Assembly: GCF_033153115.1 (NCBI RefSeq)
Contig: NW_026889750.1
Location: 28,954,001-29,018,000 of the forward strand
DNA length: 64,000 nucleotides
Direction: 5' to 3'
Origin: Saccostrea echinata
Lineage: Eukaryota
A program made the position numbers and the translations under genes. Shown in pieces: positions 1 through 13,600 of this stretch. The notes under the pieces were generated by a model. It was given only the letters and a program-made list of their open reading frames with translations. It searched no databases and was not told the origin of the DNA. The first letter of the stretch is position 1. Each line of letters begins with the position of its first letter.

Positions 1-1495
1 AGGAATAGTCCAGATGAAGAACTTTAAAAAAATTGCTAAGTTTAAGGTACTCTGTGAATTTTTCACCTTTACTTGTTTCTTTAAAGATTTAAATCATCTC
101 TGTGTCTTTGGTTCTGTAACTTATTACGTGTATGAAAAAATATCCTTAAAGTAGATCGTGGATTTGCCTTTGGTACACAATTAACACGAACCAAGCGTCC
201 ATTTTGTGCATATTCATATGTCTGTATATTTAACGTCTGTATATTTAATTTCTGGTCTTTAATTACACATTTCTGCATTTTTGTTACATCATGAAAAAAT
301 TACAATGCACATTTACGTCACCTTTAAATATTGCTTTAAAAAATACAAACACTACATGGTGTACAACGTTCATTATAACGCTCACTCAACGTTCATAACA
401 ACGTTCAATTAACGTCATTTAGGTAAAGCAATATTTTGGCAATATAAAAGCAATTTATAAAACTAAAAAAAGAGGAGGATATATTCATTATAAAGTCAAA
501 AGTTTCTACTTGATTCGTTCACGTCTAGAATAGATTTATCTGACTATTCAAAAGAAACACTTCCCTTAGAGCAGGGGGAAAAATGTCAACATAAACATAT
601 ATCCGTGATTTATACAACACATGTACATACATGATAAGGCGAAGAATATTGCATCCTTATGGTGTAAATCAAAAGAGGGATGCTTTTACATATTACCTTA
701 ATTGGTATGCCAAATAAAAATCTTTCTTATTTGATTAAAGGAATACTTAAAAGCAGAATAACCTTGTCACCATATTTGATATCTTTTTTTTATAGGTTCT
801 AACTCTATTCCAATTCTTGCGTTTCTAACTAAAATAATCTTTATAGTTGAGGAGCCTACACACCATAAACTTGACCCTTCCAGCTACTGAACTACATGTA
901 CATGTACCAGGAATATAGAACTTGTAAAATTTGACTTCTAATGTGTCTTATGGACTCACAAGTCATATAGAATGCCTTCATTACCTATGACTATGATAGA
1001 AACAGGGCAGACATCGGTAACTAATGACTCATACACAGAGCAATCCCTTTCTCTCTATCTTACTGGATTGCAAGAACATTTTACTTCATCCTACACTTAT
1101 AACAAATATGAATAATTATGTAGAATTGTCGGACAGTGCATTATACTCACAATCCTAAGGTATAGAGACTAATACAAATTAAAACAAAATTTCCTCAATT
1201 TTGACAAAAATTGAAAATGTGATGGGAAGAAGACACTTTTGGTTAATAAAGGCTTAATAAATACCTTGAACAGGTTTGCAGCTAAAAATTAAAGTACTGT
1301 TAAAACATATGTGACTGAACCATGTGAACTTTTGTCATGCATTAAATCTCATAGCTGACAAACACATGTTTGCTGTTGATTCTGCATGAATGACATGTTT
1401 AAAGGGTCGGAGCCTAACATAATTGGAAAGAATATGACAAATGCTTTAATTCCTAGTCCATAAAAAATAGTTTCTATTTTCCTAAAATTATGCTT

Positions 1496-1846
1496 GTAAC
1501 AGCATAAAGCTGAACACGATTCGTAAAAGGAATTTGTCCGCCATATTCGATTGGTCTCTCGCTACATCTGAGGACCCCTATATAAAGCCCCTCTCTTAGT
1601 CATTGTTCAGTGTAATCAATCGTAACCGGTGTAGACAGACGTATATATGTTATACAGCACTCGGTAGCGACAAAAATAACTGTGTACTTATTCTAATGCA
1701 GGAGAGTAAAATATCAAAGAAACTTACGATGAAGTGTAGTATACAAACAAACACAAATACACATAACTGCAATAAATCGTAAACAAAGGTAATGTAAGAT
1801 AACCAGCACGAACATGTGTCGTCATTCCACACTGATACCCGTGACA
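1496..1846 (+). mobile_element. Possible solo LTR; 5' boundary uncertain
   Basis: TATATAAAG at ~1579, AATAAA at 1771 and an LTR-like end ...CCCGTGACA at 1846. No target-site duplication found. Confidence 0.35.
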
Positions 1847-4056
1847 ATAATGCAGTCAGGTGTAACGAATGCGAAGAGTATACCCCAGTGCTGATATCGT
1901 AGATAGTATTATCGAAAATGGCGTATGCCTATTTACGAGTCGTGTCCAGCTTTAATTGACTGAAGCTGTAGCTATTTGGTGAAATTCCAATTGGATGGAT
2001 TGAGAATGTTTCTGCCCCTGGATCTTATATCCCTGAGCCATTCACAATACTTACCAATGAAAGAAAATTATCAATGTGAAATATCACTTTCAATTGGCAA
2101 ACAGCTGGAGCTGTCAACTCCAAAAATTTAAGTCTTTTGAATAATTGCCTTCTGGTTTCATCAATTAATTGGCTACTTGTAAAAAAGGAAACAAAAATTA
2201 TGCCTTCAGACTTACCTTCAAAATTTCCATACTACCTGTAAATGAATCAGATTAGAGTTGTAATATTTATGTGTACTTGAAGTGACCTACTCTATACCTT
2301 CAAACTAATAAATCTCACTGAACCTTTGAAGAAATACAGATACTCCCAATCCTTGTAATTCTACTGTCATAATGGGCTCAAATGCAGCATTTTGCATAGT
2401 ACAATCTTCTATCGAAAACCCTATCCCCACAGAATTATTATTTCAACCTGAGAGTCAAATACTTATTATCTTACAATCAAATTCTTTTTATTCCACAAAT
2501 TTTGAATGAGTTGTATTTTTTTTTTTGTCTGACATTTTATGAGCTTTGAATTAATATGTCCAAAGTTGCAGTAATATTTTAAACCCAAGCGCATGTTTTA
2601 GTCTTCTTATCTGTTGTAAATTGTTCCATGAACTTCTAAGGTCCTACTAAGAAAATAAATTACCACTCTGAATTATTTTAGTAAACCATTTAAAATATGG
2701 CAAAATGATTTAACTGAAAACAATCACTGACAAACCTAATAAGTCAAATGTCTATACAAGAAGATAGAAATTCCAGTAAACACAAGTATTAAATCTGACT
2801 GAACTTTTTACCAACATAATTTTGTTATTGGGCAAGTAAATCACTTTTTGAAGCTTTATTTAAGTAACTTTGTCAGAATCAGGGAATTTGAGTATTGATG
2901 AATATACACATTCACAAGTGGTTTCATTTCTGGGTCACACAGAGCACCTATAAACTTTGAATACCTACCCACAGCTGAAAGAATAAAATTCGTCAATCAG
3001 CTGGTCATAGCAATATAGCAAAGATATGTTCTTTACCGTGAACCCTTGCTCTAATTGATCAATGATCTGTCAGTTTCCTTAATTAACAAGTCTATCTCCC
3101 TAATTTCCTCAAACCCCAAATAAATCGAAAAATTCAAGTTCTTGTTTACTATTGTAGGTAGGTGGAGTGCAGGTGCAAGACTTAAGAGTACAAATGATTA
3201 GGTGAATCAATATGGGGGCATAACCTAGGTTGTTAAAATGTTTAAGGAAAATACCCCTGCCCTTGATTCAGATTGTACAGTTTTGAATTTATTGTATGAC
3301 GTACACTGAGGAAAATTCATCAGCTCTCAACGAGCAATTGAGCTACCTTTGATAGCAATTGGAATCTGATAAAGCTTACTAGTATGGGAACGAAGGGCCA
3401 ACTACACACTTAAGAAGCTCTCAATTTAATTTTCAGTTTACATTCGAGGTTAAAATACGCAAGAAATAAAGCATTGGTTTTGTCCTGTCGGCTGATTGTG
3501 TTGTTTAATGTAGAAAATAATTAGATCGGGATCGGAATATCTCAAATTCCTCCTCTTTGCCCTGGATCCAAAAATGAAAGGTACACGAATTTTGTAGCAG
3601 ACAGAATTTTGAAAAAAAAATACACTTCCAATCACAGTTTTTCTTAAACAACTTCATAAAATATCGTCGACAAATATCAGATTTGATGATTAAACGCATC
3701 GATGGATTATTCCTTTACGGGGTAATGTATGATTGGCTTGGATTGAAAAGTTCCCATGTTAGCATGTAGCGTGATCTTTATTGAAACTTTGTTGTTTTAC
3801 ATGCAAACATATTTCAGGAATATTTATGAAGTCGTGTTTTCACATATTTAGATCGTGCATTATATTTAGAAAAAAAATATCTTTACTAAAAAATATAAAA
3901 TATATATATATAAAAAATGTGGTAAAAAGGGGGGTGGGGTGGTATAGAGGCATCAAAACATAACAATGATCGTTTGTCATTTTTCACAGCATTAATAATA
4001 TTGAACATTCTTAGTTTATACAAGGGAATATACAGACCTACTTAGAGTGTGACATT

Positions 4057-6531
4057 ATGCCTAAAAGTTTCAAGATTAATGTCACGCCTTACATAGGCCC
4101 AATCTCCAAACGCTTTCAGGAACGTTGGGAAGATATTACAAAGAGGTGTTCTAAACAATTGATGTCACTCTGTCTTTCTTGGGATATCCACAAGTTAGGA
4201 CAATTTGAGAATGATATCACGTCCTTAGAATCATCCCTCACTGATAGCATGTCCCAAGCTGATCTTGTTTAAGCCCATTATATTATTGACACCTATAATA
4301 TGGCCCTAGCAAATGAGCTCAACAAGACCCGGAGAAAGAAATTTCTCCGAGACAGTGTTCCACAGACCAGGACCAACCGGTTAGAGGTCCGAGTTAACAA
4401 AACACGTAAACCCCGCTCGAGACGCTTCAAGCGCTTAACGACAATCGCGAGGGACGGACCCTCACAAACTCCTGACGTCTGCCCAGTGCTCAATAAATCT
4501 AGTTTTCCTCTCTCCGAATCGGAGACCTCACTTCTTTCCAAGGGGCTGAATTTCTGCCCTACGCCATATGAGGTCGACGAAAAGCAAGCCAGAGAGGACA
4601 CCCGAGCATTCTTTCGGAGACTTCGGTTGAAGGAGCACTTTTCTAGAAAAGACTCCGAAGTTGACTCATATGACTCTTCTCAGCCACAATTGCACGACCT
4701 AGAGGAACACAAACTCTATCGGCCCAAAAGTGACTGGGAACCTGCACCGGGCAAATGGGAGCCCTTGAGTCGTATATTGACGCCGTTGAGTCAGACATAG
4801 AGAAACTCCTTTCAATGCCAGACAAGGCTCCCGACAATTTGAGTAAGGAAGAGAGATCCATCTTACAATCATAAAAGAATTGGGATGACATTGTAATCAA
4901 GAAAGTAGACAAAGGCTCTACAGTAGTAGTACTTGATAAAGAGACGTACATGGCGGAGGCCCATAGACAACTCTCAGACGAACGTTTTTATAAGAAACTG
5001 GACTCTGACCCTACTAAAGAATTCTCCACCGCCATCACCAAAACTCTTGACGAAATGTTTGAGAAAAACGAGGTTGGTATCAACGTCTATGAGACACTCA
5101 ATCCTATTGACTGTAGATCAGGACAATTTTATCTGCTTCCTAAGATACACAAAGAAGGTATGCCAGGTCGCCCTATAGTTAGCGCAATTGGACACCCCAC
5201 GGAGAAAATTTCTGAATACGCTGATTTACATCTCCGTCCACACGTAGAGAATTTGCCATCCTATCTCAAGGACACCACGGACTACATTAACAAGACGCCC
5301 TCTATTGGCCTTCCAGATCATATCCTTTTCGAGACTATGGACGTCACATCTTTGTACACCAATATTCCGCATGATGAGGGTATCGAAGCCGTAGAGAAGT
5401 CTGGGATAGTAGATCCATACAAATTCCTTCTACCGAGTCCCTTGCCAAGCTCCTTGAACATGTTCTCAAGTATAATAACTTCATGTTTAATGGAGAACAT
5501 TACCTGCAGGTTAATGGCACTGCAATGGGTACGAAAATGGCACCATCTTATGCCAATATTTTCATGGGCAGACTTGAACGCAACTTGCTACTTCAAACAC
5601 CATTTAGGCCCCTTAGCTGGTTGCGTTTCATTGATGATATAGAGATGAAGTGGATGGAATGTCGCGAGAGCCTCGAGGCATTCATTTCGTTTGCCAACAC
5701 CTTTCATCAGTCTATCTAATTTGAAAAACATATTCCTAGATACTACATCTACCCTGACTGATGGTGAAATCGAGTTCAGTCTCCACACCAAACCCACAGA
5801 TTCCCATCTGTATCTTATGCCAACTAGCTGTCATCCCCCACACACATTTAAGGGTGTGTCTAAGGGTCTGGCCACCAGAATTCGGCGCATCTGTTCATCC
5901 CCTGCCTTATATCAGGAACAAATTAAGCGGTCTCCTTAAGTCCCACTTATACAAGAGAGGCTACAATGCCCGCACCGTACAAACTGCTATTGATGAGATG
6001 GCGGGATATGACAGGCAAAACCTATTACGCTACAAGGAAAAAGACAATAGCGGCAGGGTCCCTCTGGTAACCACATACCATCCCGTCCTTAAGAACCTCA
6101 GCGGTATCCTTCAAAAGAATCTGCCAATTCTCCACTCAAATAAACGAATGGCAGAGGTCTTTAAGGAGCCCCCATTGGCTGCATACAGACGCCCGAGGAA
6201 CCTAAAGGACATGGTGGTAAGAACCAGATTGGACAATCCATTACCTAACAGTGGCTTTAAAACTTGCTCTGACAGAAGATGTCTTCTCTGTAAGCACAGC
6301 TCTGACACAGACAGCTTTAACAGCCCCGTTACAGGCCGTAGCTACAAAATACTAGGGAATTTGTCCTGTCACAAATGGGAGGACATGACAGTAGTGGTTA
6401 TTGACCATAATCCAAGATGGACAGACTCTCAGAGTAAAGGCAAGGAGAAGTTCTGGATGCACAGGCTGAAGTCATTCCGCCCTAATGGTATTAACAAACT
6501 AAATGACTTCACCAGGATGAACGTGAACTAG
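4057..6531 (+). pseudogene. PLE reverse transcriptase/endonuclease ORF, broken by stops and frameshifts
   Basis: ORF pieces 4057-4272, 4300-4800, 4950-5642, 5483-5719, 5691-5939 and 5761-6531 tile one PLE polyprotein in shifting frames. Confidence 0.9.
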
Positions 6532-7040
6532 ACCCAATCCCGGATTGTAACAAACAAGTTCATTCTCTCTATTTAGTGTAAACGTTACCGTTAATTCGCA
6601 TTAGCAATTCTGGAACAACCTACCCAAATATTTACAGCTTACATATTTGTTTATTTCTTTTATCCGATTTCCAAATTTATAATATATCCAAATTTATATT
6701 TTAAAATTGCCCTTCCATATTATCTTTCTTTAATTTCTTTTTATCATGTATAGTTACGCTATTTTGAGAGAATAAGACAATGTACGATTTACTGCTTGGT
6801 CGTAATTAATTAGCGATAATTAATTAATTCGTTCAATCATGTAAATCGCACTTCACCAGAGTACACCCGATAGAACGGACGCAATTTATAGCGCTCCGGA
6901 TTTCTTTGCTCACAACTGTTTATAAACTTCAAATTAAATATGTAACACTGTAAATATTTAGTGTTTAGTAGCTTAGTAGTAGTGCTAGTTGTTTTGGTTT
7001 CTCTATTTCCTTTGTTTTTATGTCTTCTTAACTTTTTTCT

Positions 7041-7081
7041 TTGTCCTGACGAAGGGACAGGTCGTCCCGAAAATTTGACAA
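7041..7081 (+). ncRNA. Minimal type I hammerhead ribozyme of the PLE
   Basis: TTGTC-CTGACGA-A-GGGAC-AGGTC-GTCCC-GAAA-ATTT-GACAA. Core CUGANGA/GAAA, stem I TTGTC/GACAA, stem II GGGAC/GTCCC, palindromic AATT in place of stem III. Confidence 0.8.
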
Positions 7082-7129
7082 TCATTATTGTTCGTGTCGT
7101 TGGTCATTTTTAGTGCTTTATATATTATA

Positions 7130-7270
7130 TAAATACTGCATGTAGTTGAGTGTAACATTGAAAATTTTCACCCCAAGAAAACCATTGTCAACCGAGGCGC
7201 AGCCGAGGTTGACAATGGTTTTCGAGGGGTGAAAATTTTCAATGTTACACTCAACTACATGCAGTATTTA
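7130..7270. repeat. Near-perfect palindrome with 64-bp arms, probably the core of a non-autonomous hairpin DNA element
   Basis: 7130-7193 is the reverse complement of 7207-7270 with 2 mismatches; the apex is CCGAGGCGCAGCCGAGG. Confidence 0.9.
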
Positions 7271-7482
7271 TTATATTATACTGAATGTTTTATACAAATA
7301 CATATTACAGTGAACCTTGCGCGCATGAATTCTGCGCAGTCAATATTTTTTTGAATAACACCCGTCGTCAAGCAATGTTAACTGTTGCTACGCTGGTGGG
7401 CGTGGCTTCATTATTCAGCGGGTAATAGTGTTTTTTAACAAATGTTTCTCGACGAATCAGATTCAACTAATTTACATGAAAG

Positions 7483-7485
<3 letters not shown>

Positions 7486-7567
<82 letters not shown>
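7486..7567. repeat. (TA)n microsatellite
   Basis: Read directly from the sequence. Confidence 0.98.
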
Positions 7568-7569
<2 letters not shown>

Positions 7570-8893
7570 GCTAAATATTTACAAAACCATGTGTGTATAT
7601 TAAGTTTTTGACTTAAAATTGTTTTAAATTTATAGTTAAGTTGTTACAACGGTAAATTTGTAAAGCGACATAAAAATTCTTAATTGGGCATGTTTTTGTA
7701 GAATGACTGTTACAGCTAAAATATATTTTTAAACACTAATATAATGTTCTATGGGCAACCCAGCCAACATTATGTGGTCTTGCAAATTGCACAGAAGAAT
7801 TAGGTGTACACTTTACAAATTGCCTTGCATTGGATTTTAAATTGAAGGAAAATATCTTCATGAAATCATTTTAGATGATGTAAGAAACAAAATGCAAATA
7901 GAGATAGATAGCTTCTTTACAATCTCAAGATTGTATATTAAGATTGAAAGCTTTACTAGAAAAATGAAATGTTGGTCTTCCAAGATAAAACATTATTTGT
8001 TCTTACAGTATAAGGAAATCAAAATGCTGCGAAAAGTATTGAAATGTGTTGAATTATTTCGAAATTAATAAAATAAATGTAAAATATGTGAAGTTTTCGT
8101 CACTGTGCTGTATTGAGCTAAAATGCTACTAAAAGACTGTGTGAAAAGTTTTAGTATACTTTTAAGTATATCTTTAAACTGGTCTTAACCTGTTGAATCT
8201 AAACTATCAAAAAAATATTGAAAACCAAATCACAATATGGAAATACATGTACATATAAAGTATGCGCTTGTTAAATTGTGAGCTTGTGTAAAGCCGTAAA
8301 TGTACGGGACAGAGATAATTTATGTAGTCATTCCAACATACAATTTGGGTTGAACATAAATTCTTTCCTATGAAAAAATTAACCAATTTCTTTTTAACAA
8401 TATCCATCATCTCGGGCTTTCGGATTGCAGTCCGTGATGGCTACAGACCTTAAGTAACGCTTTGACGAAGTATCCAGTCGCGTAAAACATTTGGTTGCGT
8501 GACATAAATCGTTTAGCATATGCGCTAACTGCTCAGTTAGTGCGCAAATTCATGAATTAGTCCCAACTCATAGGCAAATCATTTCATACACTTCGTGCGA
8601 TAACATCATCATTTCCATAGCAAATAACTGGGAATAATGATGCAAGATAAATCGCCCACTGAAGTGTAAACATCTCACTCATCTGCAAACAAAAGGTTCC
8701 GGTTCATAAACAAAATTGAAATCAATACTATCTCTGCAATCTTTACTGCTTTTTAAGATTCCAGTCCTTACAACTCCTCTTTATCTGATTTTCTTTTCAA
8801 ACCTTTGCAAAAACACATGCCTGAAATAGAATAAATAAGAAACGTCTCAATAAACCTCCAAAACTGAATATTCTTTAAAACTTTCCTAAGAAC

Positions 8894-9050
8894 NNNNNNN
8901 NNNNNNNNNNNNNNNNNNNNNNNNNNNNNNNNNNNNNNNNNNNNNNNNNNNNNNNNNNNNNNNNNNNNNNNNNNNNNNNNNNNNNNNNNNNNNNNNNNNN
9001 NNNNNNNNNNNNNNNNNNNNNNNNNNNNNNNNNNNNNNNNNNNNNNNNNN
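8894..9050. other. Assembly gap; other gaps at 31879-32017 and 60936-61078
   Basis: Runs of N. Confidence 1.
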
Positions 9051-9467
9051 ATGAATTTCTTTGATTTCTATTTATTGGCCTCTTTTGTGGATTAAGTATT
9101 GTTTTCATTACAAGATGCTATTAACTGTAGTCTATCTATTTTAGTGGTCTAAAACTACGTTATAATTTGCAAAGTAGCAATCTAAAGCAGTTTGAGGGAA
9201 TTTATATGTGTTTTCTATATCAAACTGCTTCAGAGTATTGTGAAATAAAAACAATCAAGGGGGGGGGGGAGGGGGTCATGGAATGAAAAGACCCACGAAT
9301 TCAAGTCCTTCACGAAAGGTTAAAATTTTAAAATACACTATCATGATTTTCCGTCAACCATTACATCAAATCCAAACGAACGAATATTTTTACTTCAATC
9401 TACAAAAATATGACCCAACGGGATAAACGATTTTACATTTACTGTATTGTTTGTGAATTAGCCTTAA

Positions 9468-9804
9468 GGACATACGCAACGTAGTTTGAACTTTATTGCC
9501 TTTTCCCCTGGAGTTGAAGAGTTCCAATACTTAAAGGAATTGTGTGCTACATTTGTATGTCTATATGTGCTGTTGTACACTTCTTCTAAAACAAGTTTGG
9601 ATAAACAAAACTTCTAGAATATGTGTTTAGTAATTTTTGTGTATTTTTCTTTGAATTATACAAGAATTTTCATCAATTGATTTCTTTTCAAAACCCCTGG
9701 TAATGCATGCTGATTTTTTGTCGACGAACATCTGATGGCACTATAATCTTAAATTAAGAATATCTTGAAAAATTATCAGTAGGTAAGGTACGTTGCCTAT
9801 GTCC
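9468..9804. mobile_element. Kolobok-type MITE
   Basis: TIRs GGACATACGCAACGTA / TACGTTGCCTATGTCC (15/16), flanked by TTAA on both sides. Confidence 0.8.
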
Positions 9805-10673
9805 TTAATTTAAATTATACGAAAACAGGCCTTAATATTAGACATGTTCAGGCTTGTAGAAAATTAGAAATCTAGAAATCTAGATAGATAGATAGATGGA
9901 TAGTAGGATACCTTTTCTGTTAAAATTGGCTGGCTGGCTGGATGGATAGAAGGATACCTTTTCTGTTAAAATTGGGCTCCATCCATCTTTGAAGTATTTT
10001 GGTCAACATTTTCAGTATATCAGGCTTAACTAGAGGAACGCTCAGTTCTTGGAGAGGTCTCATTACAAATTTATTTTGATAAATTTTTGGGCTAAGTTTA
10101 TACCAAGACAGGTGAGGCAATGACAGAATCTGAAAGGAAAGATCAAACGCAGTTCCGAATGCCTATGACAGTCGTTTCCTCCAAATGTTCCTCAGCATTC
10201 ATAAATCGGATTATGATTGAAGGAATAATGCAATACTCATTATTTCATTTTTATCATTACATTATGTCAATTATTATTTCAATAACGAAAATCTCGAATA
10301 TCAATCAAGTCAAAATAAATTGGTCAAACTCGATCGCATGTTGATTTATAGATACATGTAAGCCTCCATGAAAAATACGTGAATTTTTTAATACATAAGA
10401 TAGAGTTAAATTCATTTGCACGTGTATATATAAGAAAAGTCGGTTTTGGTTCTGTGAAACTTTCAGAAATTTTCCGCTTTTATTTCATTAGGGAGAACAG
10501 GAAAAGTGTTTATTTAAAAATCAAAATATTATCAGTGGAGATAATCTATTTATGAATAAGGATAAAAGTTTTCTTGTCTATTAATATTAATGATTCTATC
10601 ATAAGCATGGGATGTATTTTTAGTTATGAAATATAACACATTATATTTGTACTATTTTTTTCAGATTTGAAAC

Positions 10674-13600
10674 ATGGAAAGCTCTAAATCTTTGCTAATT
10701 GCACTATTGCTAACAATATGTGCGGTTATCTTCCAACTGATTGGTTTGGCGTCACCTTACTGGATATTTCTTGATTTAAAGATAGCCAAAGCAAACGCTG
10801 GTTTATGGAAAGCGTGTACCGAAACAGTTTTGACTGGAAACACGATATGCAGTGATGTGGAACTTACAGATGACGGTACAGATAAACACTTTGAAAATTA
10901 TAACGATGATTAAACAATTTTTTCATAAAAGGGAAAACCTATATCAAGGGTGAAAACATTTTGATCAAAGTGATAGCCCTTAATATACTTGGCTTGATTT
11001 TCAAGTAAGTCTAAATAAATATATCTCTTCTCTCAAAATGTACAAAAAATTATCTGAAAGGTTTGATGCAGATATCAGACACCTCATTCTAGAGTCAAAT
11101 TAAGTGTAGATTTTCAGTGCTACATTATGACAAGACGACATTTTCACTTACCGTACTTGAACTGGATTTTATTTTTCATAAAAATCCTCACAAACAAAGA
11201 TATATCGCAGGGTCGAGTAAACGTTCAACCAAGTCACTATGCTTACATTAACTGCTATGAAGGAAAAACTTCAAACACCTTGTGCTACAACATATTTAAG
11301 AAGTGGTGTAAATCAAAAGTGGATTTAAGAAAACTTAAAAGAAATTTTGAAAAATTTGAAATCTTAATTTTTTTCAAAGATTAATAGCATCAAAACATAT
11401 GACTTTTTACGCTTTATACAACCATTTCTCGGGATAAATTAAGGATCAGGCTTTTTGACATCATAGACAACTGCTTCCTCAGTAAAAATGGAACTCGTAA
11501 ATTTTCATATCTTGTGATTGGTCCTCTACAAAATTACTTTGTAAACAATCATTCTAATTCTACATGTACATACAAGTAATCCGAAATTGATTCAAAAAAG
11601 ATTTGGAGTTCATCATTGACGATATATATGTAGTCTTTGGGGACCAAGTTTTCCATTAATCTGTCGGAATTTGATGGGAATTAATTGTGCTTCTCTACTT
11701 GCCGACCTGTTTTTATATATGCATTCTTATGAAGTAAAATTTATTCAAAAACTTTTAATCGAGATGCCGTAGCCTTCAACGCAACTTTTAGAAATATTGA
11801 CGTCCCATCAATTAACAATAGTTACTTTCATTCATGTTTCGACTCAATATATCCCAGTGAACTCGAAATAAAAAAAACAACAGAGTTTGCGATATCTGTT
11901 TCATATTTGGGTGTTTTACTGATTACTGACGATAATTGCCAACTAAATAACTAAACTGTATAATAAACAGGATGACTTATCCTTCCCCATCATCATCTTC
12001 TCTTTTTATGTTGTTATATTCCAACATCACTCCCATATGGTGTTTATGTCTCCCAAATGATTTGATACACAAGAGACTGCTTTGAGTGTGATCAATTTTT
12101 AAACCGAGGCAAGCTACTAACAGCTAAGTTGATGCTACAGAGATTTCAACCCCGTTTAAAGTCAGCATTTCGCAATTTCTACGGTCATTATAATGACCTT
12201 GTTTGTAAATACAACCTATTTGGGTCGCATTCTATCTGACATGTATCATTCTATCTTTTAGGTCATTGTTTTATACTAAATTTGACTACGGAGTAATCCG
12301 TTTACCTGTTTATATGATCGATACATGGGACTCACAGCAGGTGTGACCGGTCGACAGGATATGATTAATCCTCTCAGTCACCTGATCCCACCTCTGGTGT
12401 TTCCAAGGATCCGTACGCGTGTTTTAGCCTTGTTCACGATTCTTATTGATCACTGGATTTCTGAGATTGATCAATGTTCGTTATTTTCGGCTTTTACAAT
12501 AATTATAAAAAGTTCATTTATTTATTTATTTATTTTTTGTAATAAGAGGGTTGACCCTAAAGTAATGTCTCAACTACTTTAAAATCCTTGACAATCAAAT
12601 GTTCTCAACAAAATTTTGCATACAGATACCCCCTATTTAATTTTACCTTCGCCTTGAAATTTCATTCCGTATATATCCTACTTTTTAAAATATTGAGATA
12701 AACACCACAAAGAAGGTTTTGTCTATCGCCACACGGCACAGATGTTAATGACGTCGTTATGACGTTACTTTTCGGTACTCATTTTCTTTTCAACCGCAAA
12801 TCTTTATAACCTCTTACATGTTTCTTTTTAATAAACATTTCCTTCATTTTGTGATTAAATGTCTTGTTAAAATGTGTAGTTTTAAATGATTTAAACTTTA
12901 TGGAAATGATATTTCTACATTCCTTTTGAGTAGATCTTACTATCGTCAGATTCAGGAGTAATTAAGTGACGTTAAAGGTTGACTGATCGTCCACTCCTGT
13001 TTTCCTTGTCGGTTGAAATGTTGAAAAGGTTGATAACCCGACTTGACGTCCAAACATTATGAACTAATAAGGGAAATATTTAACATAATAAAGACGGAAA
13101 TTAGCAAATGCCTGGAAGGAGAAAGTGCGTGGAAGCATTTCTCGTCCATTCGTCTTGAATCCTCTCTGCATTAAATCTACATGCATGTAACGCACAGCAG
13201 AATGAATGTGCAAATGCACAATGACAATTTAAAAAAATATATATATTTGAAATAACCAGATGTTTAGCACACATTGGGAGTGTACATGAAATATAAAGTT
13301 TTGTGTAGATTTAGACGATTTATGGACCTGAAAATAAGTACCTAAAGATAACGTCATTGCAACGTTGGTAACATTTTTTACTGCAGCAATAGAAGAAATT
13401 TTACTTTGTGTTTATTTAATATTTTAAAAAGTATTGCATTTATTTAATCTGAATGGAATTTTAAAATGGGGGTAAAAAGGATGGAGGTATTGTGTTTAAG
13501 TATAGAAAATTTTGTTGATAACTTTAGAATTTTGAAGATTGTATTGCAGTTGTGACTTTACTATTGGGTAAGTCAATCCTTGTAAAAGTTAAACCAGCCA

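Larger units (their letters stand above)
3970..7111 (+). mobile_element. Penelope-like retroelement with RT and C-terminal GIY-YIG remnant, decayed
   Basis: Frameshifted ORFs carry PLE motifs [73 protein letters not shown] and C-x4-C-x2-C. There is a hammerhead in the 3' region, and TCGTT(T/G)GTCATTTTT occurs at both ends (3970-3984, 7097-7111). Confidence 0.92.

Noticed and set aside
8875-9108. ORFs containing X runs (also near 31845-32040 and 60814-61129)
   Set aside because: Artefacts of the N gaps.
10420-10510. TATA box and non-coding first exon of tetraspan copy 1
   Set aside because: TATATAAG is present and an upstream exon is implied by the acceptor at 10664, but I could not place a convincing donor in this AT-rich sequence.
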